Source: Podarcis filfolensis
Lineage: Eukaryota
DNA: 64,000 bases
Reading direction: 5' to 3' (one strand)
NCBI GenBank assembly: GCA_964270895.1
Contig: OZ185444.1
Below, one piece after another: positions 11,306-25,132 of this stretch. Position 1 is the stretch's first letter. Every line of letters begins with the position of its first letter. The notes under the pieces were generated by a model. That model did no database searches. It worked only from the letters and a program-made list of their open reading frames with translations, and was not told where the DNA came from. A program made the position numbers and the translations under genes.

Positions 11306-12448
11306 CTATAAAGAAAAAAGAAAAAAGAGGCGATTATCAAAGACACAATAAACCTCGTTAAGTGAGACTTTCTTTATATGTAAACACATCGCAAGTAATT
11401 GTATATGAAAGTGGCCTACTCATGCTCAGATTCCTGCTCAGCCATAGGTGGATAAACATTTCTTTTCTCTGTGTGTGTGTGCGCGCGCACTTATGAACTT
11501 CTGAAACACTGTTTTATGTAAAGAGACAACTGTAAATAAATAATGGCTTAATACCCTGGGGCCAAGGAACAACAAGTCACTATTGGTGCTAAAATACATA
11601 TGGATGATATTGCACCTTCTTTCAGGAAAGGCTCTACATTAAGGTGAGTTCCAATATTCATTCACTTTCCACTTTATAGATGGAGAAATACAATTTTGAA
11701 CATTAGCTGCCATTTCTTGCATCTGGAAAGTCCTGAGTACTTGTTATTAACCAACAATAATTTACAGTGGTCAGGAGCTGAAGCTTCAGTGTCCTCACTT
11801 GACCTGTGTCCCAAGCAATGAGCAGCAGTAGCAACATTATGCACAATAACCAACTTTAATTTGTACAATATCTACCAATCACAACATGTACCTTTTTGTG
11901 GAACAGAATTAATTATTTAGCCCGGTATATGATATATATTCATATTATATATCATAGATCAAAACATGTGCTATAGCATGTGTATCACTAGCAGAATATG
12001 CTATACTACTTCACTGACAACATTTAAATGCCAACATTTTCCAGTCAAAATAGAACCGGCGATCTAAGAGCGTGTAGCAGCACTACAGAATTCAGTAACG
12101 AGGCGCATGTATATCTACTATGAAAGCAATGCAGCTACCGAGGTATTCTGCTTTACCTATAACCTTTACAAAAAAAGTTTTTCAGGTAGATGTGGAGCCC
12201 CTATGGCAGAACAGACAGAGTATCTCTATGCTAACTCAGATTTAGATCAGGCAGACAAAAAAGCCATCTCTATCATAAAGAGCTTTATTCAGAGGTCACA
12301 GATAAAATTTTAAAGTATACAATATTTTCCTTTTGTAAAAATCCCTCTTGTTCAAAGTTACTATTTTGTAGCTCTGTCACTTTTGTGAATTCTTTCCTCA
12401 ATGTGTTATTTCAAAAGTTGCTTTCTATACATTTAAAAATAAACTTAC

Positions 12449-12542
12449 TTTTGAGAATTCATAGCTGGATGCAACATTGATTCAGGTAGAAGACTCTGGG
12501 CTTGAACACCAACACCTCCATTCACTCCCATAGGATTAGCAT
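12449..12542 (-). CDS. EP300: EP300 exon 7 (94 nt), ANPMGVNGGVGVQAQSLLPESMLHPAMNSQ(N)
   Basis: Read by hand. Acceptor ggtctag|ATGCTA, donor TCAAAA|gtaagt, phase 1 to 2; PMGVNGGVGVQ matches p300. Confidence 0.96.
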
Positions 12543-13146
12543 CTAGACCAAAAGAAAGAAAGAAAAAAAAAATGCACTACTGTAGATTAATTGCTTTGGG
12601 TGCTTAAGTTGTTTCCAGATATTCTAGGGTACACATGCTGCTATCATTGCTGCAAAACAGATTTTGGCCCTACTACAAAACGGCTTCTTTCCCTCCATAT
12701 GAATGTGTAGGAGCAGCTCAAGGGGGGAGGGAGCACTTATGATGGCAGAGGCAGATCTTGCTTCCTTAACTGAGTCTCAGATTGCAGCGTGTTTAATTTG
12801 TTCATCAAATTAAAAATGAACTCAATGGGAATCACTGAGATAACCCCTCACTAAGACTACCCTGAGTTCAACTTTTTGGTTATACTAGAGAACAATGAAA
12901 CCTTGAAAACTTGCTTTTGCCATGTACAAAGCTCACCTCACTATCACCCATTCTCCCAATGGATGCAAAACTTCACAAATGCCTTTAGTAAAATACTTGA
13001 ATAAGTTGTAGCTTAGGTGCTGATGGTCATATTTTTGTTTTAATGCGGAATTACATATTTTATTGTTGTTGCTATGATTTGGAGTTGTTAGCTGCCTTCT
13101 GAAATAAGGTGGGATATACATTTTAAAAATGAAGTTAAGAACATAC

Positions 13147-13383
13147 TTGTAGGATTCATGGGGCGAAGTCCCTGCGGTGACTGTCCTTGCTGCTGGCTCT
13201 TCACTTGAGCTTGTGTCTGCGTCTGCATCTGATTCCCTTGATACGTCAGTCCAAGGGCAGCATAAGCCCTCTCAATCGAACTGGGGTCAATCTGGTTAGC
13301 AGTATTTATGTTGGGGGTTGTCTGCTGACCAACCCCTACAGAGCCAGAATTTCCAAGTCCTACTGCAGCACCACCTAGTAATG
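13147..13383 (-). CDS. EP300: EP300 exon 6 (237 nt), includes QIDPSSIERAYAALGLTYQ
   Basis: Acceptor ttttctag|CATTAC, donor CCTACAA|gtatgt, phase 1-1; conserved p300/CBP motif. Confidence 0.97.
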
Positions 13384-13802
13384 CTAGAAAAAATGAAGGC
13401 ATGAAAACGATCAAAAACAGTGACTAGAATGAACATAAAACACATCAACCCTTTTATAAAGTCCTTAGTAACACATCAATAAGGTTTGTGGCATTAAACT
13501 GTGTCTGTTGCTGACCTGATAAGCATGGAGGCTGCTGCCTACCACAACTTGGGCAGCTATGGCTGCGTCCTACTGTATTTGCAGACAAGACTGCCATCAC
13601 AATATGATAGTGAGGCCAGAGTAGAGGGTCCATGTATATCGAGGGTCCCTGCTGTCAGGAGCACTGCTTGTCCTGTAGGAACTTGATCCTGCAGCTGTCT
13701 CTCACACCAGCCATTAATAGTATTAGGAGAAACATTATGAGAAATGGAGTGATACTGCAAATCTGTAATGCCCTAAAAAGAAATAAATTAGTGACTACTT
13801 AC

Positions 13803-13916
13803 ATTGTTGATTTCTTTTGTCCCCAGCATTCTTGAGAGGGAGACACACAGGACAGTCATGCCGTGTACAATTCTTCCAGTGTGATATGATTTGTCGTGAA
13901 GATGCACAGTGAGCCA
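13803..13916 (-). CDS. EP300: EP300 exon 5 (114 nt), TAZ1 C-terminal half, (V)[37 protein letters not shown]
   Basis: Read by hand. Acceptor ttttag|TGGCTC, donor CAACAAT|gtaagt; TAZ Cys/His ligands intact. Confidence 0.98.
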
Positions 13917-14353
13917 CTAAAAAGAGGGTTAAAAAGCAATTTTACACTTAAAACTTTAAATTTCTTTGAGCCAGCTATACATGTGCTACTGATGCACAGA
14001 ATCTATGCACAATTACTTGGAGTACAGTGTGACTCATGCTTCTGAGTATATTGGACTGCATATATCTATATCTATATCTCCAGAATTGAAAACTTTCCCC
14101 TTAAGTCTTCTTTTGACTGATAGGTCAAGGAAATCTTAGTTGATTGAAACTTATCTTACCCAAGTACAGATCAAGGCTTTTCTGCTCTTTGCAATAGGTC
14201 ACCCAGTCTGGATCTCTTATTACTTATTGCACAGTGGAGGCCAAAGTTGATTGCTAAAACTTCAGTATCTGTATCTCTCATCCTGACCTTGTAACTTGTG
14301 AGCACAAATTACTGCAAAATTGTTTTTCAGACAGTATTAGCTTCCTACTGTCA

Positions 14354-14734
<381 letters not shown>

Positions 14735-16054
14735 CTAACCCTGACAGTTCTCTAGAAGTCAGCGAAACACAAAGAAGTTATCCATGTATTTTGAAAGTTT
14801 GCTTAAACTTGTAGAAGCAGCAGCTATATGAATTACTTTAAGATAACTTAATAAATCCTCTCTCTCAGAGAAAGCTCTTATTCCTTTGAAGAAAACCCAT
14901 TCTCAAGCAAAGTTCCACAATGCAACTTAATGCTCATATAGTCCCTAAAGAAAGCAGCCATACAACACAGCCTACTAATATAATGAGTATGAGGAATGAT
15001 TTCATGAATCAATATTTTCTAACCTCCAGCAGCCAACACATAAACATACCATCCCTAAATATGGAGCAATGCAAAGGACAGATCAAGCACAGGAGACATA
15101 GTTATTGTAGCCACTACCAATGCAACACAGCAAACTAATATTGCTGAGGTTGATAATTAGAAATATATGTCCTATTCTGCTTAGCAACCACCTTGCAACG
15201 CCACTTCTGAGGCTGATCTTTGGAAGTGGCAATGAAAGCATTATTCCATATTGCTTTTCATTCAACTTCAGAGAGCTTGACTTGATTTGGTTTTAAGGAT
15301 CTTCAGGCTTGCTTCATTAACTGGGAAGGAATAATTATTGTTTTTCTCTTTTAACAAGGGGTCAAGGTATGAGAGTTCAGCACAACTAACCTTGTACCAT
15401 CCATGGGAGAAATTCAGTTTTCATGTCAGCTTCACCCAAATACAGTAGTAAAGGGATTTCTTCACTTTCAGCCTGTTTTCAAGTATACTGGAGCTTCACA
15501 GCTTGAAACTAACTGGGCATCATAGGCAAAGGCTAACTCCAGTTTGAACAAAAGTTACACTAATAATTGAAATGAGCTTACCTCTGTGTTACTGTTCCAT
15601 ATGAACCATGTTTCATCCTTCCCAAACTGACTACAACATAATACTACAATTGAATTACCCTTTAGCAATGCTGTAAATTCCAGAACTTTGACTCTTCACG
15701 TGTATGGGTATTATGGCGATTCATAGTAAAACCCCACTGACATGAATGGAACTTCCCTATACAGGTGGTAGGATTGTGGCACTCACAGATAGCTTCACTC
15801 TCTTCAAATTAATTGGTGTACCCAATACCAATTGTATTTCAATCACAACTAATAAACTTACTCTTTATTAGAGTAATAAAGAGTAATACAACATACCTAA
15901 TTAGCATGATCTATAGTCATACAGTGAAGCTTTTAAAGTGCTCTTTGCCAATGCTATATGGATTATGGTGTACAAGTTTACACTGGCCCAGTTTGTACAT
16001 AACATTACTCCATAGTTTATTTTAAACTATGAGAAGTGTGCTCCTGCCCACTCT

Positions 16055-16195
16055 ATAGTCCCTATGGCCTTTTAAACCGTGAATGGGTGTGGGTTATTGT
16101 TTTTGCTTGTTACTATGTTATGTATGTTTATATTGTAAACCAGGCTGTGATCCTCGGATAAAAGGGTAGTATATAAACGTAATAAATAATAGTAA
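16055..16195 (+). mobile_element. Degraded L2-like 3' end
   Basis: ttgtaaaccaggctgtgatcctcggataaaagggtagtatataaacgtaataaataat resembles squamate L2 termini. Confidence 0.5.
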
Positions 16196-16415
16196 CAATA
16201 AGTTGTTCCTCCCCTACTCCTGCATGTGCCTGCCCCTCTCTCACTGAGGTAACTGTTTGACCAGCTCTATGAACAGCAGTGTTAGAAACAGAGATATTAA
16301 AGCTATTCGTCATATGGCCCCTTAAACCTAGGTTATGGGCACACTAATGGAATGTTTAGGCACTTTTTAAAACAAAAAACAAAAACAACAATGATGCTGT
16401 ACGCCAGTGGCTGAG

Positions 16416-16516
16416 ATGTCAGGGGCTATCCTGGCACCCAGGCATCTTCACTTAGTTGCAAGTGTCTGATAGCCAGGTGCAAAATGAGCATGGTGCCTGG
16501 CTAATTCAAATGCTGT
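16416..16516 (+). repeat. Dispersed ~100 bp repeat, copy 1 (copy 2 at 24072-24165)
   Basis: Both copies share atgtcagg...atcct.gcac..aggc...tagccaggtgcaaaatg...tgcctggctaatt.caaa. Confidence 0.75.
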
Positions 16517-18733
16517 AAGAGAGGGAAAATTTTTACCCATTCAGGGGAGTGTAAGTAGAATTCACCTCACATTTGAATTTCTTAGGTTGGTCAATTCTCA
16601 TTATGTGCCAGTGTCAGGAAGCCTCTGGAGACGGAGGCCGATGTTTCTGCCCTCACTCTAATTCATTGACATGAATGTTATAGCAGTAGAAGAATATACT
16701 GCCTATACTCATTAAAACATACTTTAAAATAAACTCTAGTTTAATGTATTGTGTGAACTAGTTCACTATTGGAATCTATTAGATCTGAGAGCCAAACCAA
16801 CTGTTGCTTATTGGCATGCTGATCTGATGAGCAGCGCAACATGCTGCCCACGTGATTCCCAATTGGTTTGGATATGGTTTAAAAGTTAATGTGAACAGTA
16901 CATAATGGAAGCAAGCAAAGAGGAGCACTGTAAGATGTTTTGACTTCTCCTAATCTTCTTTGTTCCCAGTATTTTTTAGGCAAAAGTTCAGCACAGTTCT
17001 ATTAAGATCTATACAATGTTATATCACTTTTAAAATGCCAATATCTAGGGATGTACAATTTGACCATAAGGTGCATAAGACATTCTTTTTAGTCAGCAAT
17101 CAGAATTAGCTTGAAATAAGTGAAGAGCTACACACCTGTGCTGCTCAGAGTAGATGAACATGATGAACGAAGATTTTTAAAAAAACACTTTTTACAGAGC
17201 AACACTCGGCTACAAAGATTACTGGCAACAGCTAGCCATTCAGAAACAGCAGTCTAAGAATGTTTGGGGGTCTGACTTACACTCTTAGCTTTCCACTTTT
17301 TAAGAGCATGGTTCCATGCATGCACTCAGGCCACACATACAATGCAACGTGAGGTAAGTAATACTGCATGCATACCTGCAATTCTATCCCCCACAAGTGT
17401 GGTAGAAAAATTAAGACAGGCTATACACAACCCAGGAATCAACTCTACACAGCCTCTTCAGTGCTCCCCTCCCCAGCTCCAGCCTGCTTTTCAGTGTGGC
17501 GCCTTCATCGCCCACCGCCCAGGCACCCCCTGACTTCCCAGAGAATGGAGCACTGAAAGCTAAAAAAGGCCAATACAGGCCACCAGAGAGAGAGGTGGTA
17601 GCTCTGCATGGCCTTTGCAGACCTCACAATCCAAGTAACACAGTTTGCCCATCTTCACCACAGCCACAGCAAGGAGAAAGGGACTGGAAGCTCCAAGGAA
17701 GTGTCACACTCTCCATGTTCTGACCAGCCTGGCTCCTCCAACATCTTACCCAGCTACATTCTGCCTCCTCCTCCACCTCTGTATTGTCCAGTAAGAAGAG
17801 TATGTTCCTTGATACCCCTGCCTCCAACCTCTCCACCATTCCCAAAACCTGCTGTTAAAAATACCAATAAGGCACACATCATCTGGAAGGGAATAGGGAT
17901 GCTAAGAACCTTATGAGCATGTACAGGCACCTTCCCACTCACACGACCACTGACACATGCATCATTTTTGGTGCCAAAGGGGGGCAGAACAGGACAGAAA
18001 GGACTTGTGTGTGTCCCACTGACATGCACAGTTACTGGGAATGGAATCTCTATGTACACAGAGATTCTCTTATACTGCTGTGTCACTAGCTCAGCACTGT
18101 GGAAGGCAGGATTAACAAGAATCAAGTTAAGTGTGTGCACATTACACTGTCTGCTCATTGGGAGCTCAGGTGTATCTGTGATGCAATGCTCCACTGAATG
18201 TGTTGGCTCAATGGCTGCAAAGCATAGATTGGCAAATGAATGAACTGATGCAATCACTCCTCATCAAATACATCTTACATCCTGTTATGACAATGCACCT
18301 ATGTAAACTCACATAAAGTCAGTTTTCAACAAAAAGTAATTTTATGTCATCCATTTCTTCCTATATCCCATTTCCCCTTGAACCTTCCACCCTTATTATC
18401 AACAAGCACATGAACACAGTTTCAGAATACATCACAGACTGTTATTTCTATATGTCCTCCAATATATGGATGGAAATAGTACTGTCTGCCCCCTAAAAGG
18501 CTAGAATTCAGATGATGAAAGGGTAGATATGAGAATTATGCAAAAGACAAGGAGATGTGGTTCAAATAGAAATGCCATTCAAAAGAAATTAAAACTCAAC
18601 TAAAATGCTTTTTTCCTCTAGGTTGAATACCATTATTTCTCATGATGTGACACAATATGGAACCCTTTAAGGCAAAATACTGGTATATCTTGAACTAGCT
18701 CTACAATAATTTGAAATAGAAGTTACTACCTAC

Positions 18734-18910
18734 CATATTAGGCATTACTGGACCAGGCACTGGCTTCTTGTCCATTGGAAACTGGGGTAAACTGTTAGGT
18801 AATACAGGCTTATTTTGCATCTGGGGACCAAGTCCACTGGCTCCAATTGGTTGTCCAGGATTCTGGCTGTATGGTGGTACATAAGGACCGGGGTTGTTCA
18901 TCATTCCCAT
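18734..18910 (-). CDS. EP300: EP300 exon 3 (177 nt), MGMMNNPGPYVPPYSQNPGQPIGASGLG...MPNM
   Basis: Acceptor ttctag|ATGGGA, donor AATATG|gtaggt, phase 0-0. Confidence 0.97.
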
Positions 18911-20693
18911 CTAGAAATTAAAGAATGACAATTAAGGAATATTTTCATTTTCTTCTGTTCATTTCATGGTATACACTATGGTTAACTACTGTTTGGTTCA
19001 AGGAATGGAATATCAACAAACTGCAAAGTATTAACAAATTCTGATCTACATATACCCTCTTAATACTATCCATCTCTTTCCAAACCCCAATTCAATATTG
19101 GTCGTACTGACAATTAATAAAATTTTGCTATCATTCAATACTTTCCATTTTCCCTTCATTTTAAATCAAGCATTTCATATATATATTCCTCCAGATATTG
19201 AATTATATTGACTGAGCACCTCAAAAGTTAATTTATCCTTGAATGCTTATGATCCAAAGGCACACCTTCAATTTTACAATCTGAATATTGAGCCTGATTC
19301 TGATCATAGGTCATGAAGAAATTGAAGATTTGAAATAATGTCTCAATGGTTTGGCAGATTAAAGATTTTATATCAAAGCAACACCCAAGCCATTAATTGT
19401 TTAACAAAGAATTATATATCACTTGATCTAAGAAAACCTCTAAGCAAATTACAAAAATATAAAATACAATTATTGATAGTTCCTAAATGTCAAATTTTTA
19501 CAAGTGCAGAATGAGTATTATGAATCACCTGTAAGTGTCAGTGCTCCAGACTGAAGCTGTCAAATAGGCATATATATATATATACACAAAATAAGCAGAA
19601 CACGTGAGTATATATGGAAAACACAGCTGAATGTGGCAGCTGCCTAAATTGATGTTTTCTACATTTATTGACTTTTTCACTATCAGCTGTTGAATAGTAA
19701 TCCAACAGTTCTCCTGACATGTGTGGATACTACACCCTAGAATCACCTAACCTAACATGCTAGTAGAAGCCAGCAAATTGTCTCCCACTAGCACAATGGG
19801 GCTTCTCCTGCTCCACCAAATCTACTCTGGCGAGTCAAGAGAATCCCTAGAACATTGCACGTGGGTGAGGAGAAGGGACAGTTCAACCTGACAAGCAGAA
19901 ATACATGCACTGACAGAACAATCATTACAGCATGAAGCTGAATTCCTCCATATGGTGGTATTATCATCATTATTATTATTATGTACAATGGTGGACTGGT
20001 CTAAATCATGACAATCTTTAAACAGTTATCAAAAAAATGCACAAGTTTTCAGTTGAAATTGAAGCAACAAGGCTCTGCCCTTCTCCCCAGCTCCAAGCTG
20101 GTGGACCCCTGCCCATTATGAATAAAATACACAATCTCTGTGCCTCTTTCAGAAGTGTGGTCTACCAGAGCAGGTAATTTTCAATGATTGGTTCTTTATA
20201 CAGGAAGATTTTCTATGTCTCAGATCTTATCTACTTGTCCAAGTAAGTTCATTTAATACTATTTGCTAGTAAAGTTCCTAGATAGCAGGAAATCTCTACT
20301 GGAAATTATAAGAAAGCTCTGCTGGCCACAGTCCATTTTACACAGAGATTTTAGTTGCAGAGAAAACAAGCACATTGTTTTTAAAAGAGGAAATCTGTGG
20401 TTTAAACAAAGTAGCAGGTACGAACATAATTAAGAAACCAGCATCAGTTAAATAAACCTAGATGGCTAGAGTGGAAGAGTCCATTCTATGCACTACTGTA
20501 ACATACTGGAAATTCCCTTCCAAAACTTTCTGATATCATTATCTTTTGCATTATCTAATACTCATCAACATACACAACTCAGTGCCCTGTTCTCCAGTAG
20601 AGACAGCTGATGCCACCCCCTAAAAAGGTCACACTGCTAGTAAGTTGAGGTGGATATAAAACAGACATAATTCTGTAGTATAGTAGTAGTAAT

Positions 20694-21575
20694 TAGGGCT
20701 GGGAGATACCTGAAGGAGCGTCTCCACCCCCATCGTTCAGCCTGGACACTGAGATCCAGTGCTGAGGGCCTTCTGGAGGTTCCCTCATTGCAAAAAGTGA
20801 AGTTACAGGGAACCAGGCAGAGGGCCTTCTCAGTAGTGGTGCCCGCACTGTGGAATGCCCTCCCATCAGATGTCAAGGAAATAAGCAGCTATCCTATTTT
20901 TAAAAGACATCTTTTAATATTTAATGCTGTATTGTTTTTAACACTCGATTGGGAGCCGCCCAGAGTGGCTGGGGAAACTCAGCTAGATGGGCAGGGTATA
21001 AATAATAAATTATTTTATCAGCACTAGCAGCAGCAGCTTTTCAACATAACAGTGTACCGCCAGCCAAACATCGCAGTTCGGCGATATACCACAATGTTGA
21101 AAAAACAAGGTGCATTGGCCTCTGCCAGCGAGACACCAGGTGAAACTGCCCCTGCTCTCACCTCCAGAGCTGAGGCAGTTTCACCCCCTCCCCAGCTGAG
21201 ACAGCTCCGTGCTCTCTAATGTGAGCAGCAATAGCATTGGAGCTGCTTTGTGCCACTCAGCTGGGGGGAGGGAACGCCTGTGAGTGGGCGGAGCATCAGG
21301 GCTCCTTTAACAGCTCGCTGCAGGGAGCAGCAACCACACTCTCTGCTAGTGCAAGGCTGGGGGCTCCTTTGACTGCTCAACTGATGCAAGGGCAGCAGCA
21401 CACTCCTCAGTCGGGCAGTTTAAAGATGCCCTTCACAGACACAGCTTGTTTCTCCCTCTCTGTTATATGAGAAAGAAGTGGGATGGCTGTTTCACTCAGC
21501 GAAACACGGCTGAGTGAAGCAGACATTGTGGCCTGTTCCTCATACCGGTCCTGGGCGATATATCGCCCAGGCCTA
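20694..21575. mobile_element. Non-autonomous hAT-type element (882 bp) containing an L2 3' fragment
   Basis: Terminal inverted repeats (TIRs) tagggctgggagata / tatcgcccaggccta (13/15 match); exact 8-bp TSD gtagtaat (20686-20693, 21576-21583). Confidence 0.85.
20703..21018 (+). mobile_element. L2 LINE 3' fragment nested in the hAT element
   Basis: Aligns by eye to 41500-41800 (gccaagttacagggaaccaggca, agatgtcaa, gccgcccagagtggctg, gggtataaataat). Confidence 0.88.
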
Positions 21576-22329
21576 GTAGTAATGGGGAATCTGTATTCCT
21601 TAGCTTCAAACATAGAGAAGCGTGGAAAAATAACTGAACACACAAGCTTGGTTACATCATCAGTGGAGAACGGAGCCTCTCTACTATCCTTCTATTGTGG
21701 AACAGAAGACAATTGCAAGTTATTCGGCTCTTGCTAAGTCATCCCATTTGCTCTGTCATCCTTGTGTCTTCAGTTTGTCTACCTTAAAACATGCCACACA
21801 GACAACCCTGAAAATTAAGACTACATAGGTTTAGATCCACCTTGACAGTACAGATCATGAAGTTATACATAAACTGGCAGGCACAATATGTTGTTCCTCT
21901 GGTAGTTGCTGTAGCCAACTTCAGAGTGACTGGTTAGAGTTTATTACTGCTTTTTAAAGAATGTTTAAAGTTTTCATTTGCTAGAGCATAGGAGGTGGGA
22001 AGGTGCTCACTATGCTGTGCACAGGAATCAAGTGGACTGCTGGCAAAGAGATGAAACATTTCAACGCACCATTGCCAGCCCACTGAATTTTCATACTGGA
22101 TTCTAGAGGTCAAGCTCCCTAATACCTGACCATTCTAGAAAGCAAGAGAGCTGGCGGCAGAGAAATGAAGCACTTCATTCCTCTGCCACCAGCCTGTAGT
22201 ACCTCTATGCTACACAAGTAGGAAAAGGAAGAACAGGGAGGTGTGGAGTGACTCATGCCTCTGCCACTAGTCCATTTGCTTTGTTTGCTGGATTTGCAGA
22301 ATGAGTCTGTATTTTCAAGACATAAAGTA

Positions 22330-22562
22330 CAGTGGTACCTTGGTTTATAACCATAATCCATTCCGGAGGTCCGGTTGTGAGCCAAAACATTTTGTAACCC
22401 AAGGTGCGCTTTCGCAAATGGGGCCTCCCCCCCCAAAAAATGGGTTGTAATAAAAAAAAAATGGGTTAGAATCCCAAAAAAGAGACACACACTTCCGGGT
22501 TTGATGTGTTTGTAATCCAAAATGGTTGTAATCCAAAGCGGTTGCAAACCAAGGTACCACTG
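22330..22562. mobile_element. TcMar/Tigger-type MITE (233 bp)
   Basis: Perfect 17-bp TIR cagtggtaccttggttt / aaaccaaggtaccactg, TA on both sides. Confidence 0.9.
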
Positions 22563-24071
22563 TATAGGAACACAAAAGGCTTGGTGCCTACTGTGTTTCT
22601 AACCTGTAGAATTCTTCACTCTGCTTTTTACCCAGAGCAGGGGCTGGCAAATATTCTAACCATCTTCCATCAGCCCCTCTTTTGAGTACTATTTTTGGCT
22701 GGCTGTTAACTTTCTGGCCAATTTATACTATTATTGTCATTAATTTTTAAGTAGCCTTCTGCACAATCATCTCGAAGTTATGCACAAGATAAAAAAATGA
22801 AAAGTGAAAAGCCGGTTAAAAACACAAAACACAGCAGACACATTTAAAACAAAACTCAAATAATATAAAGTAGATACAGCAAAGACCCATTTATCCAGTT
22901 GAGAAAGCTTGTGCACAATTGTTATAATCCTATTATTTTTTAATATTTGATTGGTCTGGGAATAACCTCTAGCATTCTCTTCCATTCATGATTTCATGTG
23001 AAAGCTCACTATGGACTATCAGCAGTCCCTAGATTCACAAGTAAAACTCAAGAGATAAATGCTATGACCACCAAGGTCCCTTGCAACTCTTACGATTCCA
23101 AAATATCAACAGATTTTAAGTTTAATGTTTGTAAAGTGTACCCATTTGGATTCATAACTAAACTATCTTCATGAGCCATTCTTCCAAGCCTCTAACTAAC
23201 TAAATTATCAATGTCATTGCACCAGCATAGCCGACTACCATTAAGTGTAATATGGCTGAGATGTGAAGAGAAGATCTGTTCAATGCCCTGGCTCTCTTAC
23301 AGGGTACTATAAGCAGGCCGATTGTTGACTCCCAGTTAAGGCCATATTATGTTGCAAACCACTGTGTGATCTTTGGTTGAAGAAAACTATATCAATTTAA
23401 TAAACAACAACAACAATTAAAATAAACTTGTGGTATTTATTCTTCAGTCATTGCTCAGGGAACTGACAATATTCACATTCACTGATTAAACATAACAATG
23501 AGTAGTAGAAGCTCCTATATTTGGGAGGGGGTGGTTCTCCACACACGTTCTTGGCAGCAAACTGATCCTCCAAATACTCAAATTTGGAAAATTCTCTATA
23601 GATGCTAACAGAGCAGATGGCACTGGAAACTTCTGTTTCAAGAATGCAATTTACTCCACCTCCCCTGTTAAATTCAGTCTGCAGCATGTGCATTTTAAAA
23701 GCCCAAACTGACCACACTCCCACTATAAACAAGTGTTAGAAACTCAGAACTTTGTGAACTTAAGGAGGAATAGCCACTTTATCCAGGGACATTTCACACA
23801 TACATATAGGCCTATTCTTACCTCTTTTTCTTAATGGTGACACAGACCATTCATAATGTAAGTGGGGTAGGTGAAGAGAAGCTACAACAATTAACTATAA
23901 CATTGTTCACTGCTCCTGCTCAGGCTGCACAGATAAAGCATGTTGGTTCCTGAAATTCACTCTGATTTTGTAGATAAAATAAAACTTATAGAATTCTACA
24001 GGATGTCTTATTAGTGTGTGAAAACAATCAAAATCCAAGGATCCTGAGGCATGCACCTCCAGATGGTGGAA

Positions 24072-24165
24072 ATGTCAGGCGCCATCCTTGCACTTAGGCT
24101 TCTTTACTTGGTCACAAGTGGCTGGTAGCCAGGTGCAAAATGTGCCTGGCTAATTTCAAACACTG
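24072..24165 (+). repeat. Dispersed ~100 bp repeat, copy 2
   Basis: Homologous to 16416-16516, same orientation. Confidence 0.75.
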
Positions 24166-24463
24166 TTGCAAGCTACTCTAGCATGTTTGCTCTAAGAAAA
24201 GACATGTGAACCATCATCAAGAAAAAATAAAGGAGAAGATAAGATGGACTTTCCCCAGACATATAAGATTACAGCATTTGAATTAAATTCAGTATTTACC
24301 AAGAGTTAAGGAGGTTTATTATTGCAAAGCCAAACCTTTCAGTTCATTTTAATATGTGGCATATTGAATCCTTAAGTGGCCAAAACACCTGTTAGACAAT
24401 GCCAACATGTAAATCAATGGATCAAAATGTGTCCTTTCTTGGAGTTCATTTATGTATCAAATA

Positions 24464-24702
24464 CAGTCAGACCTCGGGTTAAATATGCTTCAGGTTGAGC
24501 GTTTTCAGGTTATGCTCTGCGGCGACCCGGAAGTAACAGAACGAGTTACTTCCGGGTTTTGCCACTCGCGCATGTGCTCAAAATGCTGTCATGCGCATTG
24601 CAGAAGCGGTGAAACGGAACCCACGCACACGCGTGTTCCGTTCTACTCAGGATGCGAACAGGGCTCCAGAATGGATCCCGTTCGCATCCAGAGGTACCAC
24701 TG
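24464..24702. mobile_element. TcMar/Tigger-type MITE (239 bp)
   Basis: TA-flanked; ends cagtcagacctcggg / ccagaggtaccactg; internal hairpins acccggaagtaac...gttacttccgggt and ggatgcgaac...gttcgcatcc. Confidence 0.82.
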
Positions 24703-24814
24703 TATATCATGTCTTTTTTTACTGAAGCCCCAGAAACTATGCTATTCAATTATGACTTTGTCAGTTCTTGCATACATATAAGTTTTGAACCTTATCCTTT
24801 ATACCACACAAAAA

Positions 24815-24950
24815 TTCCAGGATTGGGAACCAGAGACCCTCTATGTGGGCTTCCAACTCCTACCAACTCTGATCACTGGCCACACTGGCTGGGCCTGAAG
24901 GGAATCGGAGTTCAACAACATCTGAAACGAAACACATTCCACATCCTTGG
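24815..24950. mobile_element. Degenerate member of the short hAT MITE family seen at 9352
   Basis: Remnant motifs tgatcactggcc...ggagttcaacaacatctg. Confidence 0.45.
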
Positions 24951-24970
24951 TGTTGCTAATATGGTGCACA

Positions 24971-25132
24971 AGAACATAAGAAAATGCCTTAGACCAAGTC
25001 AAACCATTGCTGCTGCTAGGTCTTTATCATCTACAGTCTGATTGGCAGTGGCTCTCCAACATTTCAGACAGTAGCCTTTTCCAGCCCTACCTAGAAATGC
25101 CAGGGGTTGTGTACAAGATGTCCCAGGTTCAA
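24971..25132 (-). mobile_element. Degraded tRNA-derived squamate SINE
   Basis: gaacataagaa...ggcagtggctctcca...ccagccctacctagaaatgccaggg resembles the reverse complement of a common squamate SINE (recalled consensus). Confidence 0.6.
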
